NCBI RefSeq assembly: GCF_056746865.1
Contig: NZ_CM163382.1
DNA: 64,000 nucleotides
Reading direction: 5' to 3' (one strand)
Under the pieces are notes generated by a model. That model saw only the letters and a program-made list of their open reading frames with translations, ran no database searches and was not told the DNA's origin. Shown here piece by piece: positions 1 to 9,623 of the stretch. Positions within the stretch are counted from its first letter, which is position 1; every line of letters begins with the position of its first letter. A program made the position numbers and the translations under genes.

Positions 1-474
1 CGCTTCGCTTAATTTTTGTCCGCCATATTCTGAAATTATCCCCACGCAGTTACCCGCCAGAAAACCCAGTAATGTCACCGTCCAGTTCATCCCGCTGGCA
101 AAAAATAGCGTCATGCCGAGAAAGCCTCCGGGAATAAAAGACAATAAACCGAAACGTCCTTGCCAGACCACCACCGCCGAGAAGGGTACAGTCATAATCA
201 CGCTCGCCCAGAACGTGGACAATCCACTCACCGAGGCCAGCCAACCGGCAGCCAGCGCGGCGAAAAACGCCCACACCATCCCAGAATAATTAACCGCCAG
301 GCTTCTGATAAACCCCGATTTACCGCCGCCTGCGGCATAAAAACTGCAAAAGGCGACGAAGCCAATAGTTCCTAATAATTCCCATCCCTGAGAGAGCCCG
401 ACATGTGAAGACACTAACTGCCAAAGCCCTGCACAAATACCGACGGTGACACCCGTTGCCGTGAGTCCGTTCAT
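1..474 (-). CDS. yahC: DUF1097-family inner membrane protein, 3' end outside window
   Basis: Minus-strand frame from ATG (cat at 472-474) translates MNGLTATGVTVGICAGLWQLV..., hydrophobic throughout; translated by eye, not in ORF track because it runs off the window edge. Confidence 0.6.
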   Translation of the reverse strand, partial: MNGLTATGVTVGICAGLWQLVSSHVGLSQGWELLGTIGFVAFCSFYAAGGGKSGFIRSLAVNYSGMVWAFFAALAAGWLASVSGLSTFWASVIMTVPFSAVVVWQGRFGLLSFIPGGFLGMTLFFASGMNWTVTLLGFLAGNCVGIISEYGGQKLSEA

Positions 475-731
475 CTTGTTCCCCTCTGGTTAGACATGGA
501 CGAAAGCTACTCTTACATGTGCAGACTATAGAGAAATAAAACCTGATTGAGTGAAAGGGTATCGGGTCAAAGAAACAAATATTGCACTACCGCACACTGC
601 GAAAAGATTGTTGAACATCATTCAACAAAAAGGCGAAATACGGCGAATTAAATTTAAGCGGGTTCTTTTATCAGATTATCGTTGCTATTCTCAATTCATC
701 GAAAACAGCCACAAAAACCAGGGGAATGTGA

Positions 732-1337
732 ATGACTATAAAAAATCTACCTGCCGACTATTTATTGGCTGCGCAACAGGGTGATATCGATAAAGTAAAA
801 ACATGCCTTGCGCTGGGTGTCGATATTAATACTTGCGATCGTCAGGGGAAAACGGCAATTACGCTGGCAAGTTTATATCAGCAATATGCTTGCGTTCAGG
901 CATTAATTGATGCCGGAGCGGATATTAATAAGCAAGATCAAATATGTTCAAATCCTTTTTTAATTAGCTGCCTGACCGGCGATTTAACCCTGTTACGGAT
1001 TATTTTACCGGCTAAACCTGATCTTAATTGCGTCACCCGTTTTGGCGGTGTCGGCCTGACGCCTGCCTGTGAAAAAGGCCATTTAAGTATTGTAAAAGAG
1101 CTTTTGGCGCATACGGAGATTAACGTTAACCAGACCAACCATGTTGGCTGGACGCCGCTACTGGAAGCAATTGTGCTTAATGATGGCGGGATTAAACAGC
1201 AGGCGATTGTCCAGTTATTGCTGGAACACGGTGCCAGCCCGCACATGACGGATAAATATGGCAAAACGCCGCTGGAACTGGCGCGGGAACGAGGCTTTGA
1301 AGAGATTGCGCAGTTACTGATTGCCGCAGGTGCATAA
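732..1337 (+). CDS. yahD: ankyrin-repeat protein
   Basis: ORF track 201 aa; repeated ankyrin-like motifs (GADIN, GKTAITLA, GWTPLLEA, GKTPLELA). Confidence 0.85.
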   Translation: MTIKNLPADYLLAAQQGDIDKVKTCLALGVDINTCDRQGKTAITLASLYQQYACVQALIDAGADINKQDQICSNPFLISCLTGDLTLLRIILPAKPDLNCVTRFGGVGLTPACEKGHLSIVKELLAHTEINVNQTNHVGWTPLLEAIVLNDGGIKQQAIVQLLLEHGASPHMTDKYGKTPLELARERGFEEIAQLLIAAGA

Positions 1338-1376
1338 ACCGGGAGGCTTGCTATCAACACACCAGAAAGACGGTGT

Positions 1377-2240
1377 GTGTGGGCGCTAACTGCGGATGCT
1401 GATTTTCTAGCGCAGCGGGGGCAAGGACAGGTTGAACAGGTCTTTGCCAGAGCGGTAAATATCGCACTTCCGGCCCGCCAGCAGTTGCTGACGCTGCTTT
1501 GTGAAGAGTACGACAATGCGCCAAACAGTTGTCGGTTGGCACTCACTCACTTTGATGGTCTGTTCCGGCATGGTGATAAGGTTCAGTTTGACGATCAAGG
1601 CATTACGATTGGTCAACATCTTCATATAGAGATGAGTCATTGCCTGCGTTGGCTGTCCCCAACCTTGCAAATGGCCGCTGTGAATTTTCACCTTATCGCC
1701 TGGCAACAGTGGCATGACATTATTCATCAGCACCTGGGGGAAAATGAAACCCTGTTTAATTATCGCGGCGATAATCCGTTTTATCAGGCGTTAAATAAAG
1801 CACTACATATTAAACGTCGGGCAGTTATTCAGGCAGTAAACGATAAACAAAATATCGCCTCAGCAGTCGCCAGTATGATGGGCTTAGGGATTGGCCTTAC
1901 GCCATCAGCCGATGATTATTTAACAGGTCTGGCGCTTATTTTATTTATTTCCGGGCATCCGGCAGAAAAATACAAAGAGGAATTTTATCGCGGTCTGCAA
2001 CGCGGCAGAAATAATACCACGTTATTAAGTGCCATAACGCTGGAAGCCGCATTACAACAACGCTGCCGGGAAAATATTCATCGTTTTATTCATAACATTA
2101 TTTATGACATCCCTGGGAACGCAACTCAGGCAATAGAAAAAATTAAACATATTGGCTCCAGTTCCGGCTGCGACATGCTGTATGGCATGGCCGATGGTTG
2201 TGCGCTGAGCCAAACCTACGGAGGGAATTATGTCAGTTAA
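1377..2240 (+). CDS. yahE: DUF2877-family protein (YlbF-like)
   Basis: ORF track 287 aa; matches recalled YahE length and position; overlaps yahF start by 11 nt. Confidence 0.8.
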   Translation: MWALTADADFLAQRGQGQVEQVFARAVNIALPARQQLLTLLCEEYDNAPNSCRLALTHFDGLFRHGDKVQFDDQGITIGQHLHIEMSHCLRWLSPTLQMAAVNFHLIAWQQWHDIIHQHLGENETLFNYRGDNPFYQALNKALHIKRRAVIQAVNDKQNIASAVASMMGLGIGLTPSADDYLTGLALILFISGHPAEKYKEEFYRGLQRGRNNTTLLSAITLEAALQQRCRENIHRFIHNIIYDIPGNATQAIEKIKHIGSSSGCDMLYGMADGCALSQTYGGNYVS

Positions 2241-3777
2241 AATAGTCATTAAACCGAATACCTATTTTGATTCTGTCTCGCTGATGTCTATCTCCACGCG
2301 TGCAAATAAACTCGACGGCGTCGAGCAGGCATTTGTGGCGATGGCGACCGAAATGAACAAAGGCGTGCTGAAGAATTTAGGACTGCTGACGCCGGAGCTG
2401 GAGCAGGCGAAAAACGGCGACCTGATGATTGTCATCAATGGTAAATCGGGTGTGGACAACGAGCAGTTGCTGGCGGAGATTGAAGAACTGTTCAACACCA
2501 AAGCGCAAAGTGGCTCGCACGAGGCGCGTTACGCCACTATTGCCAGCGCCAAAAAGCATATCCCGGAAAGTAACCTGGCGGTGATTTCGGTCAACGGTCT
2601 GTTTGCCGCTCGCGAAGCGCGTCAGGCGCTGCAAAACGATCTTAACGTGATGCTGTTTTCCGATAACGTCTCAGTTGAAGATGAACTGGCGCTCAAACAG
2701 TTGGCCCACGAAAAAGGGCTGCTGATGATGGGGCCAGACTGCGGTACGGCGATTATCAACGGCGCGGCGCTCTGCTTTGGTAACGCCGTGCGTCGCGGCA
2801 ACATCGGCATTGTTGGCGCATCCGGCACCGGTAGCCAGGAACTGAGCGTCCGTATCCATGAATTTGGCGGCGGCGTTTCGCAACTGATCGGCACCGGCGG
2901 GCGCGACCTGAGCGAGAAAATCGGCGGCCTGATGATGCTCGACGCCATCGGGATGCTGGAAAACGATCCGCAAACTGAAATCATTGTGCTTATCTCCAAA
3001 CCGCCTGCGCCTGCGGTGGCCCGCAAAGTGCTGGAACGCGCGCGCGCCTGCCGCAAGCCAGTGGTGGTTTGCTTCCTCGGTCGTGGCGAAACGCCGGTGG
3101 ATGAGCAGGGGCTACAGTTTGCCCGCGGCAGTAAAGAGGCGGCGCTGAAAGCGGTAATGCTCTCCGGCGTGAAACAGGAACATCTCGACCTGCATACCCT
3201 GAACCAGCCATTGATTGCTGACGTGCGCGCTCGCCTGCAACCGCAACAGAAATACATTCGTGGCCTGTTCTGCGGCGGCACGCTGTGCGACGAAACGATG
3301 TTCGCGGTGATGGAAAAACACGGCGATGTCTACAGCAACATTCAGCCCGATCCGGAATTCCGCCTGCAAGATATCAGCCGCAGCATCAAACACACCTTCC
3401 TCGACTTTGGTGATGACGACTTCACCAACGGCAAGCCGCATCCAATGATTGACCCGACCAACCGCATCAGTCGCTTGATCGAAGAAGCGCGCGATCCAGA
3501 AGTGGCGGTGATCGTGATGGATTTTGTGCTCGGATTTGGATCGCATGAAGATCCGGTCGGCTCCACCATCGAGGCGATCAAAGAAGCGAAAGCGATCGCC
3601 GCTGCCGAAGGACGTGAGTTGATCATTCTCGCCTATGTGCTGGGTACCGATCTTGATACGCCATCATTAGAACAACAAAGCCAGATGCTGCTTGATGCCG
3701 GAGTGATTCTGGCCAGCAGTAGCACCAATACCGGATTGCTGGCGCGTGAATTTATCTGCAAAGGGGAGGAAGCCTGA
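2230..3777 (+). CDS. yahF: FdrA-like acyl-CoA synthetase/CoA-binding family protein
   Basis: ORF track 515 aa; glycine-rich CoA-ligase-like motifs (GIVGASGTGSQE, GTGGRD). Confidence 0.85.
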   Translation: MSVKIVIKPNTYFDSVSLMSISTRANKLDGVEQAFVAMATEMNKGVLKNLGLLTPELEQAKNGDLMIVINGKSGVDNEQLLAEIEELFNTKAQSGSHEARYATIASAKKHIPESNLAVISVNGLFAAREARQALQNDLNVMLFSDNVSVEDELALKQLAHEKGLLMMGPDCGTAIINGAALCFGNAVRRGNIGIVGASGTGSQELSVRIHEFGGGVSQLIGTGGRDLSEKIGGLMMLDAIGMLENDPQTEIIVLISKPPAPAVARKVLERARACRKPVVVCFLGRGETPVDEQGLQFARGSKEAALKAVMLSGVKQEHLDLHTLNQPLIADVRARLQPQQKYIRGLFCGGTLCDETMFAVMEKHGDVYSNIQPDPEFRLQDISRSIKHTFLDFGDDDFTNGKPHPMIDPTNRISRLIEEARDPEVAVIVMDFVLGFGSHEDPVGSTIEAIKEAKAIAAAEGRELIILAYVLGTDLDTPSLEQQSQMLLDAGVILASSSTNTGLLAREFICKGEEA

Positions 3778-5195
3778 TGAGCCAGTCACTGTTTAGCCAA
3801 CCGTTGAACGTTATTAACGTCGGTATCGCCATGTTTAGCGATGATCTGAAAAAACAGCATGTAGAAGTGACCCAACTCGACTGGACGCCGCCGGGGCAGG
3901 GCAATATGCAGGTGGTGCAGGCGCTGGATAACATTGCCGATTCGCCGCTGGCAGACAAAATCGCCGCCGCTAACCAGCAGGCGCTGGAGCGCATTATCCA
4001 GTCGCATCCGGTGCTGATTGGTTTTGATCAGGCGATTAACGTGGTGCCGGGCATGACGCCGAAAACCATTCTTCACGCCGGGCCGCCGATCACCTGGGAA
4101 AAAATGTGCGGCGCGATGAAAGGCGCGGTCACCGGGGCGCTGGTGTTCGAAGGGCTGGCGAAAGATCTCGACGAGGCGGCTGAACTGGCGGCCTCCGGGG
4201 AGATCTCCTTCTCGCCGTGCCACGAACATGACTGCGTGGGATCGATGGCGGGTGTTACCTCGGCCTCGATGTTTATGCACATCGTAAAAAACAAAACCTA
4301 CGGCAACATCGCTTACACCAATATGAGCGAGCAGATGGCGAAGATTTTGCGTATGGGCGCTAACGACCAGAGCGTGATTGACCGCCTCAACTGGATGCGC
4401 GATGTGCAGGGGCCAATGCTGCGCGACGCGATGAAAATTATCGGCGAGATCGATCTGCGCTTAATGCTGGCGCAAGCGCTGCATATGGGCGATGAATGCC
4501 ATAACCGCAATAACGCCGGGACGACGCTGCTGATTCAGGCGCTGACGCCGGGGATTATTCAGGCGGGTTATTCCGTCGAGCAACAGCGCGAAGTGTTTGA
4601 GTTTGTCGCCAGCAGCGACTACTTCTCCGGCCCGACGTGGATGGCGATGTGTAAAGCGGCGATGGATGCGGCGCACGGCATCGAATACAGCACCGTGGTG
4701 ACCACCATGGCGCGTAACGGCGTCGAGTTCGGCCTGCGGGTCAGCGGCCTGCCGGGGCAATGGTTTACCGGTCCGGCGCAGCAGGTCATCGGCCCGATGT
4801 TTGCCGGTTATAAGCCGGAAGATTCGGGGCTGGATATCGGCGACAGCGCCATCACCGAAACCTACGGCATTGGCGGATTTGCTATGGCGACCGCGCCCGC
4901 GATCGTCGCGCTGGTGGGTGGCACGGTGGAAGAGGCTATCGATTTCTCCCGTCAGATGCGTGAAATCACCCTTGGCGAAAACCCCAACGTCACCATTCCG
5001 CTGCTCGGTTTTATGGGCGTGCCATCGGCAATCGACATCACCCGCGTGGGTAGCAGTGGCATTCTGCCGGTGATCAACACCGCCATCGCTCATAAAGATG
5101 CGGGCATCGGCATGATTGGCGCGGGCATTGTGCATCCACCATTCGCCTGCTTCGAGAAAGCCATTCTTGGCTGGTGCGAACGTTACGGCGTTTGA
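3777..5195 (+). CDS. yahG: DUF1116-family protein (YlbE-like)
   Basis: ORF track 472 aa; start overlaps yahF stop (ATGA). Confidence 0.8.
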   Translation: MSQSLFSQPLNVINVGIAMFSDDLKKQHVEVTQLDWTPPGQGNMQVVQALDNIADSPLADKIAAANQQALERIIQSHPVLIGFDQAINVVPGMTPKTILHAGPPITWEKMCGAMKGAVTGALVFEGLAKDLDEAAELAASGEISFSPCHEHDCVGSMAGVTSASMFMHIVKNKTYGNIAYTNMSEQMAKILRMGANDQSVIDRLNWMRDVQGPMLRDAMKIIGEIDLRLMLAQALHMGDECHNRNNAGTTLLIQALTPGIIQAGYSVEQQREVFEFVASSDYFSGPTWMAMCKAAMDAAHGIEYSTVVTTMARNGVEFGLRVSGLPGQWFTGPAQQVIGPMFAGYKPEDSGLDIGDSAITETYGIGGFAMATAPAIVALVGGTVEEAIDFSRQMREITLGENPNVTIPLLGFMGVPSAIDITRVGSSGILPVINTAIAHKDAGIGMIGAGIVHPPFACFEKAILGWCERYGV

Positions 5196-5217
5196 CTCTC
5201 CAACCGCACCTTACGAT

Positions 5218-5242
5218 CCCTTCTCCCTTCAGGGGAGAGGGG
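5218..5242 (+). other. stem-loop (10-bp stem with one G-T pair, 5-nt loop) in yahG-yahI spacer
   Basis: cccttctccc ttcag gggagagggg; no downstream T-tract. Confidence 0.4.
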
Positions 5243-5290
5243 CAACCTCACTCTCATAACCCCATCACCCTCTGTAGCGGACATAACAAC

Positions 5291-6241
5291 ATGAAAGAAC
5301 TTGTGGTCGTTGCCATTGGTGGCAACAGCATTATCAAAGATAACGCCAGCCAGTCGATTGAGCATCAGGCGGAGGCGGTGAAAGCCGTCGCTGATACGGT
5401 GCTGGAAATGCTGGCTTCCGATTACGACATTGTGCTGACCCACGGCAACGGGCCGCAGGTCGGGCTGGATTTACGCCGCGCGGAGATAGCCCACGAGCGC
5501 GAAGGGCTGCCCTTAACGCCGCTGGCGAACTGTGTGGCGGATACGCAAGGCGGCATTGGCTATCTGATCCAACAGGCGCTGAATAACCGACTGGCGCGTC
5601 ACGGTGAGAAAAAAGCCGTCACCGTGGTGACTCAGGTGGAAGTGGATAAAAACGATCCGGGGTTTGCCCATCCCACCAAGCCCATCGGCGCATTCTTTAG
5701 TGAAAGCCAGCGTGACGAATTACAAAAGGCAAACCCTGACTGGCGTTTTGTTGAAGATGCCGGACGGGGCTATCGCCGCGTGGTCGCCTCGCCGGAACCG
5801 AAACGTATTGTCGAAGCACCGGCCATTAAGGCGCTGATCCAACAAGGCTTTGTGGTGATTGGCGCGGGCGGCGGCGGAATCCCGGTGGTGTGCAGTGAAG
5901 CGGGGGATTACCAAAGCGTGGACGCGGTTATCGACAAAGATCTCTCTACCGCGCTATTGGCCCGTGAAATTCACGCTGACATTCTGGTGATCACCACTGG
6001 CGTCGAAAAAGTGTGTATTCACTTTGGCAAACCGCAGCAGCAGGCGCTGGATCGCGTAGATATTGCCACCATGAACCGCTATATGCAGGAAGGGCATTTT
6101 CCGCCTGGCAGCATGTTGCCAAAAATCATCGCCAGCCTGACGTTCCTGGAACAGGGCGGCAAAGAAGTGATTATCACCACGCCGGAATGCCTGCCTGCGG
6201 CGCTGCGCGGTGAAACGGGCACCCATATTATTAAAACGTAA
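5291..6241 (+). CDS. yahI: carbamate kinase-like protein
   Basis: ORF track frame 5174..6241; start moved to ATG 5291 (MKELVVVAIGGNS...) giving 316 aa typical of carbamate kinases. Confidence 0.85.
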   Translation: MKELVVVAIGGNSIIKDNASQSIEHQAEAVKAVADTVLEMLASDYDIVLTHGNGPQVGLDLRRAEIAHEREGLPLTPLANCVADTQGGIGYLIQQALNNRLARHGEKKAVTVVTQVEVDKNDPGFAHPTKPIGAFFSESQRDELQKANPDWRFVEDAGRGYRRVVASPEPKRIVEAPAIKALIQQGFVVIGAGGGGIPVVCSEAGDYQSVDAVIDKDLSTALLAREIHADILVITTGVEKVCIHFGKPQQQALDRVDIATMNRYMQEGHFPPGSMLPKIIASLTFLEQGGKEVIITTPECLPAALRGETGTHIIKT

Positions 6242-6250
6242 GGACGTAAG

Positions 6251-7633
6251 ATGAAAGAAAACAATAGCCGCCGTGAATTTCTGAGCCAGAGCGGTAAGAT
6301 GGTCACCGCCGCCGCGCTGTTTGGTACGTCTGTGCCGCTCGCCCATGCGGCAGTCTCTGGCACAATCCATTGCGACGCGAATAACACCATGAAAATCACT
6401 GACCCGCACTACTATCTCGACAACGTGCTGCTGGAAACCGGTTTTGACTACGAAAACGGTGTGGCGGTACAGACCCGCACGGCGCACCAGACCGTAGAGA
6501 TTCAGAACGGCAAAATTGTTGCCCTGCGCGAGAACAAGCAGCATCCGGACGCCACGCTGCCGCACTATGACGCTGGCGGTAAGCTGATGCTGCCCACCAC
6601 CCGCGACATGCATATTCATCTCGACAAAACCTTTTACGGCGGGCCGTGGCGCTCGCTCAATCGCCCGGCAGGCACCACCATCCAGGACATGATCAAACTC
6701 GAGCAGAAAATGCTGCCGGAGCTGCAACCGTACACTCAGGAACGAGCGGAAAAACTGATCGATTTATTGCAGTCGAAAGGCACTACCATTGCCCGCAGCC
6801 ACTGCAATATCGAACCGGTTTCCGGCCTGAAAAATCTGCAAAATTTGCAGGCGGTGCTGGCGCGACGTCAGGCGGGCTTCGAGTGTGAAATTGTCGCCTT
6901 CCCGCAGCACGGTTTGCTGCTGTCGAAATCGGAACCCTTAATGCGTGAAGCGATGCAGGCGGGGGCGCATTACGTCGGCGGTCTGGATCCGACCAGTGTT
7001 GATGGCGCGATGGAAAAATCCCTCGATACCATGTTCCAGATTGCGCTGGACTACGACAAAGGCGTTGATATTCACCTGCACGAAACCACTCCGGCAGGCG
7101 TGGCAGCCATCAATTATATGGTTGAAACGGTGGAGAAAACGCCGCAACTGAAGGGCAAGCTGACCATCAGCCACGCCTTTGCGCTGGCAACGCTCAATGA
7201 GCAACAGGTAGATGAACTGGCGCACCGGATGGCGGCGCAGCAAATTTCTATCGCCTCGACGGTGCCGATTGGCACGCTGCATATGCCGCTCAAACAGTTG
7301 CACGACAAAGGCGTAAAAGTGATGACCGGCACCGACAGCGTTATCGACCACTGGTCGCCTTACGGCCTGGGCGACATGCTGGAAAAAGCCAATCTGTACG
7401 CGCAGCTCTATATTCGTCCTAACGAACAGAACCTCTCCCGCTCGCTGTTTTTAGCCACTGGCGATGTATTGCCGCTCAACGAAAAAGGCGAGCGCGTGTG
7501 GCCCAAAGCGCAGGATGATGCCAGCTTTGTGCTGGTGGACGCCTCCTGTTCCGCCGAGGCGGTGGCGCGTATCTCGCCGAGAACGGCGACGTTCCATAAA
7601 GGGCAACTGGTGTGGGGGAGTGTGGCAGGTTGA
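6251..7633 (+). CDS. yahJ: amidohydrolase-family deaminase with twin-arginine (Tat) signal peptide
   Basis: ORF track 460 aa; N-terminus SRREFLSQSG...AAALFG...AHA; metal-dependent amidohydrolase-like HxH region (DMHIHLD). Confidence 0.85.
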   Translation: MKENNSRREFLSQSGKMVTAAALFGTSVPLAHAAVSGTIHCDANNTMKITDPHYYLDNVLLETGFDYENGVAVQTRTAHQTVEIQNGKIVALRENKQHPDATLPHYDAGGKLMLPTTRDMHIHLDKTFYGGPWRSLNRPAGTTIQDMIKLEQKMLPELQPYTQERAEKLIDLLQSKGTTIARSHCNIEPVSGLKNLQNLQAVLARRQAGFECEIVAFPQHGLLLSKSEPLMREAMQAGAHYVGGLDPTSVDGAMEKSLDTMFQIALDYDKGVDIHLHETTPAGVAAINYMVETVEKTPQLKGKLTISHAFALATLNEQQVDELAHRMAAQQISIASTVPIGTLHMPLKQLHDKGVKVMTGTDSVIDHWSPYGLGDMLEKANLYAQLYIRPNEQNLSRSLFLATGDVLPLNEKGERVWPKAQDDASFVLVDASCSAEAVARISPRTATFHKGQLVWGSVAG

Positions 7634-7894
7634 TACGCATTTGAAACGCCTGCAATGGTGAATCGTAAGAGATTTAAAGCCCCAGGGAGTGGGGCGGGAA
7701 TGGTTTGTTAATGAATGATCCTGAACTTTATAATCTCCCGGCATAATTTCCAGGGGATTATTTGAGAGAAATACACAAAAGTGAGTTTTAACAATATTTA
7801 TCAAGCCATAAATGTGACCGGCTTCGGATAAAAAAGATTAAACATAGAAAAACCAATGATCCTCTTGCTGATGGTTATCAACAGTAATTAAGAT

Positions 7895-8338
7895 GTGATT
7901 TTTTTCCGTAATCGCGAAAATATTCTCATGACCATAAAAGAAAAAATCTCACAAAAATATCCCCATGCTTCCTTTTGTACTTTTGGCGATTCAGCAGCGT
8001 TGGCCGATCACCTCGCAACGTTGATTGCGACAGGTGTTAAAACAGCTTCCTGTGGTTCGCTGGCGGGATGTATTGAAGACAACGCATTTCCGATGATTGG
8101 TGAGTATAAGATTGTAGAAAATAGCCGTGGTGAGCCTGTCTGTGTTATCAGAGTGATTGGCCTGCATTTACTGCGCTTTTCTGATGTCACCGCGGAGCTT
8201 GCCCGTAAGGAAGGTGAAGGTGACCTCAGTCTTGAATATTGGCGTAATGAACACCGTCGTTTTTTCCAGGCAGAAGGATGCTATTCACCCGAAATGGACG
8301 TTATCTTTGAAGAATATGCCCTTATTGACGTTGTGTAG
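7895..8338 (+). CDS. ASCH-domain (PUA-like fold) protein
   Basis: ORF track 147 aa; GxK motif (ATGVKTASCG); real start may be ATG at 7928; no strong Shine-Dalgarno at either. Confidence 0.55.
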   Translation: MIFFRNRENILMTIKEKISQKYPHASFCTFGDSAALADHLATLIATGVKTASCGSLAGCIEDNAFPMIGEYKIVENSRGEPVCVIRVIGLHLLRFSDVTAELARKEGEGDLSLEYWRNEHRRFFQAEGCYSPEMDVIFEEYALIDVV

Positions 8339-8588
8339 ATAACTATTTTTCTACGCGAAATAAGCTCACAAACATAAAATATCGCTAATTTTGTTTATTT
8401 TGCTATTTTTTACGTGATGAATGTCACACTTATTATTGCTGCCCGTTTTGTCCATATTTATAACCAAATTTTTAATAGCTGCCTGAAATAGGGCTGTTTA
8501 TTCTGCATAAAAATATTCGAAAATTCTTATTCTCTCCAGCGCGCTAATTTGGGCGAACACTTCCTGACTACCCTGCAATGAGGCTGAA

Positions 8589-9575
8589 ATGATGAATAAA
8601 CGTTTTGTTATCAATATGGTGTCTTCGCTGTTATTAGGCGCTGCGCTAATTTCTGCGCCGCTCCAGGCAGCGGAAAAAGTCGTGGTGAATATCTCTAAAG
8701 TCGATGGTATGCCGTGGTTTAATCGCATGGGCGAAGGTGTGGTCGAGGCGGGTAAAGCCTTTGGTGTTAATGCGTCACAGGTGGGGCCTTCAAGTACTGA
8801 TGCTCCGCAACAGGTTAAAATCATTGAGGATTTAATCGCCCGTAAGGTTAATGCAATTACAATTGTGCCAAACGATGCCAACGTGCTGGAACCGGTATTC
8901 AAAAAAGCGCGAGATGCCGGAATTGTGGTTCTGACCAACGAATCCCCCGGTCAGCCAAGTGCTAACTGGGATATCGAAATCATTGATAACGAAAAATTTG
9001 CCGCTGAATATGTTGAACATATGGCGAAACGCATGGGTGGCAAGGGCGGCTATGTGATTTACGTGGGTAGTTTGACCGTGCCGCAGCATAACTTATGGGC
9101 TGACTTGCTGGTGAAATACCAGAAAGAGCATTACCCGGATATGCATGAAGTTACCCGCCGCATGCCGGTTGCCGAGAGTGTGGATGACTCACGTCGTACC
9201 ACACTGGACCTGATGAAAACCTATCCTGACTTGAAAGCGGTTGTCTCCTTTGGTTCAAACGGTCCGATTGGCGCGGGACGTGCAGTGAAAGAGAAACGGG
9301 CGAAAAATAAAGTCGCAGTCTATGGCATGATGATCCCTTCACAGGCGGCATCACTGATTAAAAGTGGTGATATCACCGAAGGGATTACTTACGATCCGGC
9401 CTCTGCAGGTTACGCACTCGCGGCCGTCGCCAGCACGTTGCTGAAGGGTGAAGAGATCAAACCTGGATTAGAAATGCAGAATCTGGGGAAGGCCGACGTA
9501 GATATAGATAAGCGAATTATCCGTTTCCATAAGGTACTGCTGGTCAACAAAGACAATATCGACTCACTTTATTAA
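8589..9575 (+). CDS. periplasmic sugar-binding protein of ABC transporter (PBP type 1, LsrB/RhaS-like)
   Basis: ORF track 328 aa; cleavable signal peptide (MMNKRFVINMVSSLLLGAALISAPLQA); GAGG Shine-Dalgarno upstream. Confidence 0.75.
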   Translation: MMNKRFVINMVSSLLLGAALISAPLQAAEKVVVNISKVDGMPWFNRMGEGVVEAGKAFGVNASQVGPSSTDAPQQVKIIEDLIARKVNAITIVPNDANVLEPVFKKARDAGIVVLTNESPGQPSANWDIEIIDNEKFAAEYVEHMAKRMGGKGGYVIYVGSLTVPQHNLWADLLVKYQKEHYPDMHEVTRRMPVAESVDDSRRTTLDLMKTYPDLKAVVSFGSNGPIGAGRAVKEKRAKNKVAVYGMMIPSQAASLIKSGDITEGITYDPASAGYALAAVASTLLKGEEIKPGLEMQNLGKADVDIDKRIIRFHKVLLVNKDNIDSLY

Positions 9576-9623
9576 TCCATTTCTTCGGGGCGAAAGCCCC
9601 GATTCTTATTGCCAGGGGATGTT

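Noticed and set aside
50-375. ORF-track ORFs 50..274 (-) and 160..375 (+)
   Set aside because: Different frames from the yahC membrane-protein reading frame that occupies this region; low-complexity arginine-rich translations.
5954-6727. 257-aa minus-strand ORF across the yahI-yahJ junction
   Set aside because: Antisense to two well-supported genes; typical GC-rich antisense open frame with no independent signals.
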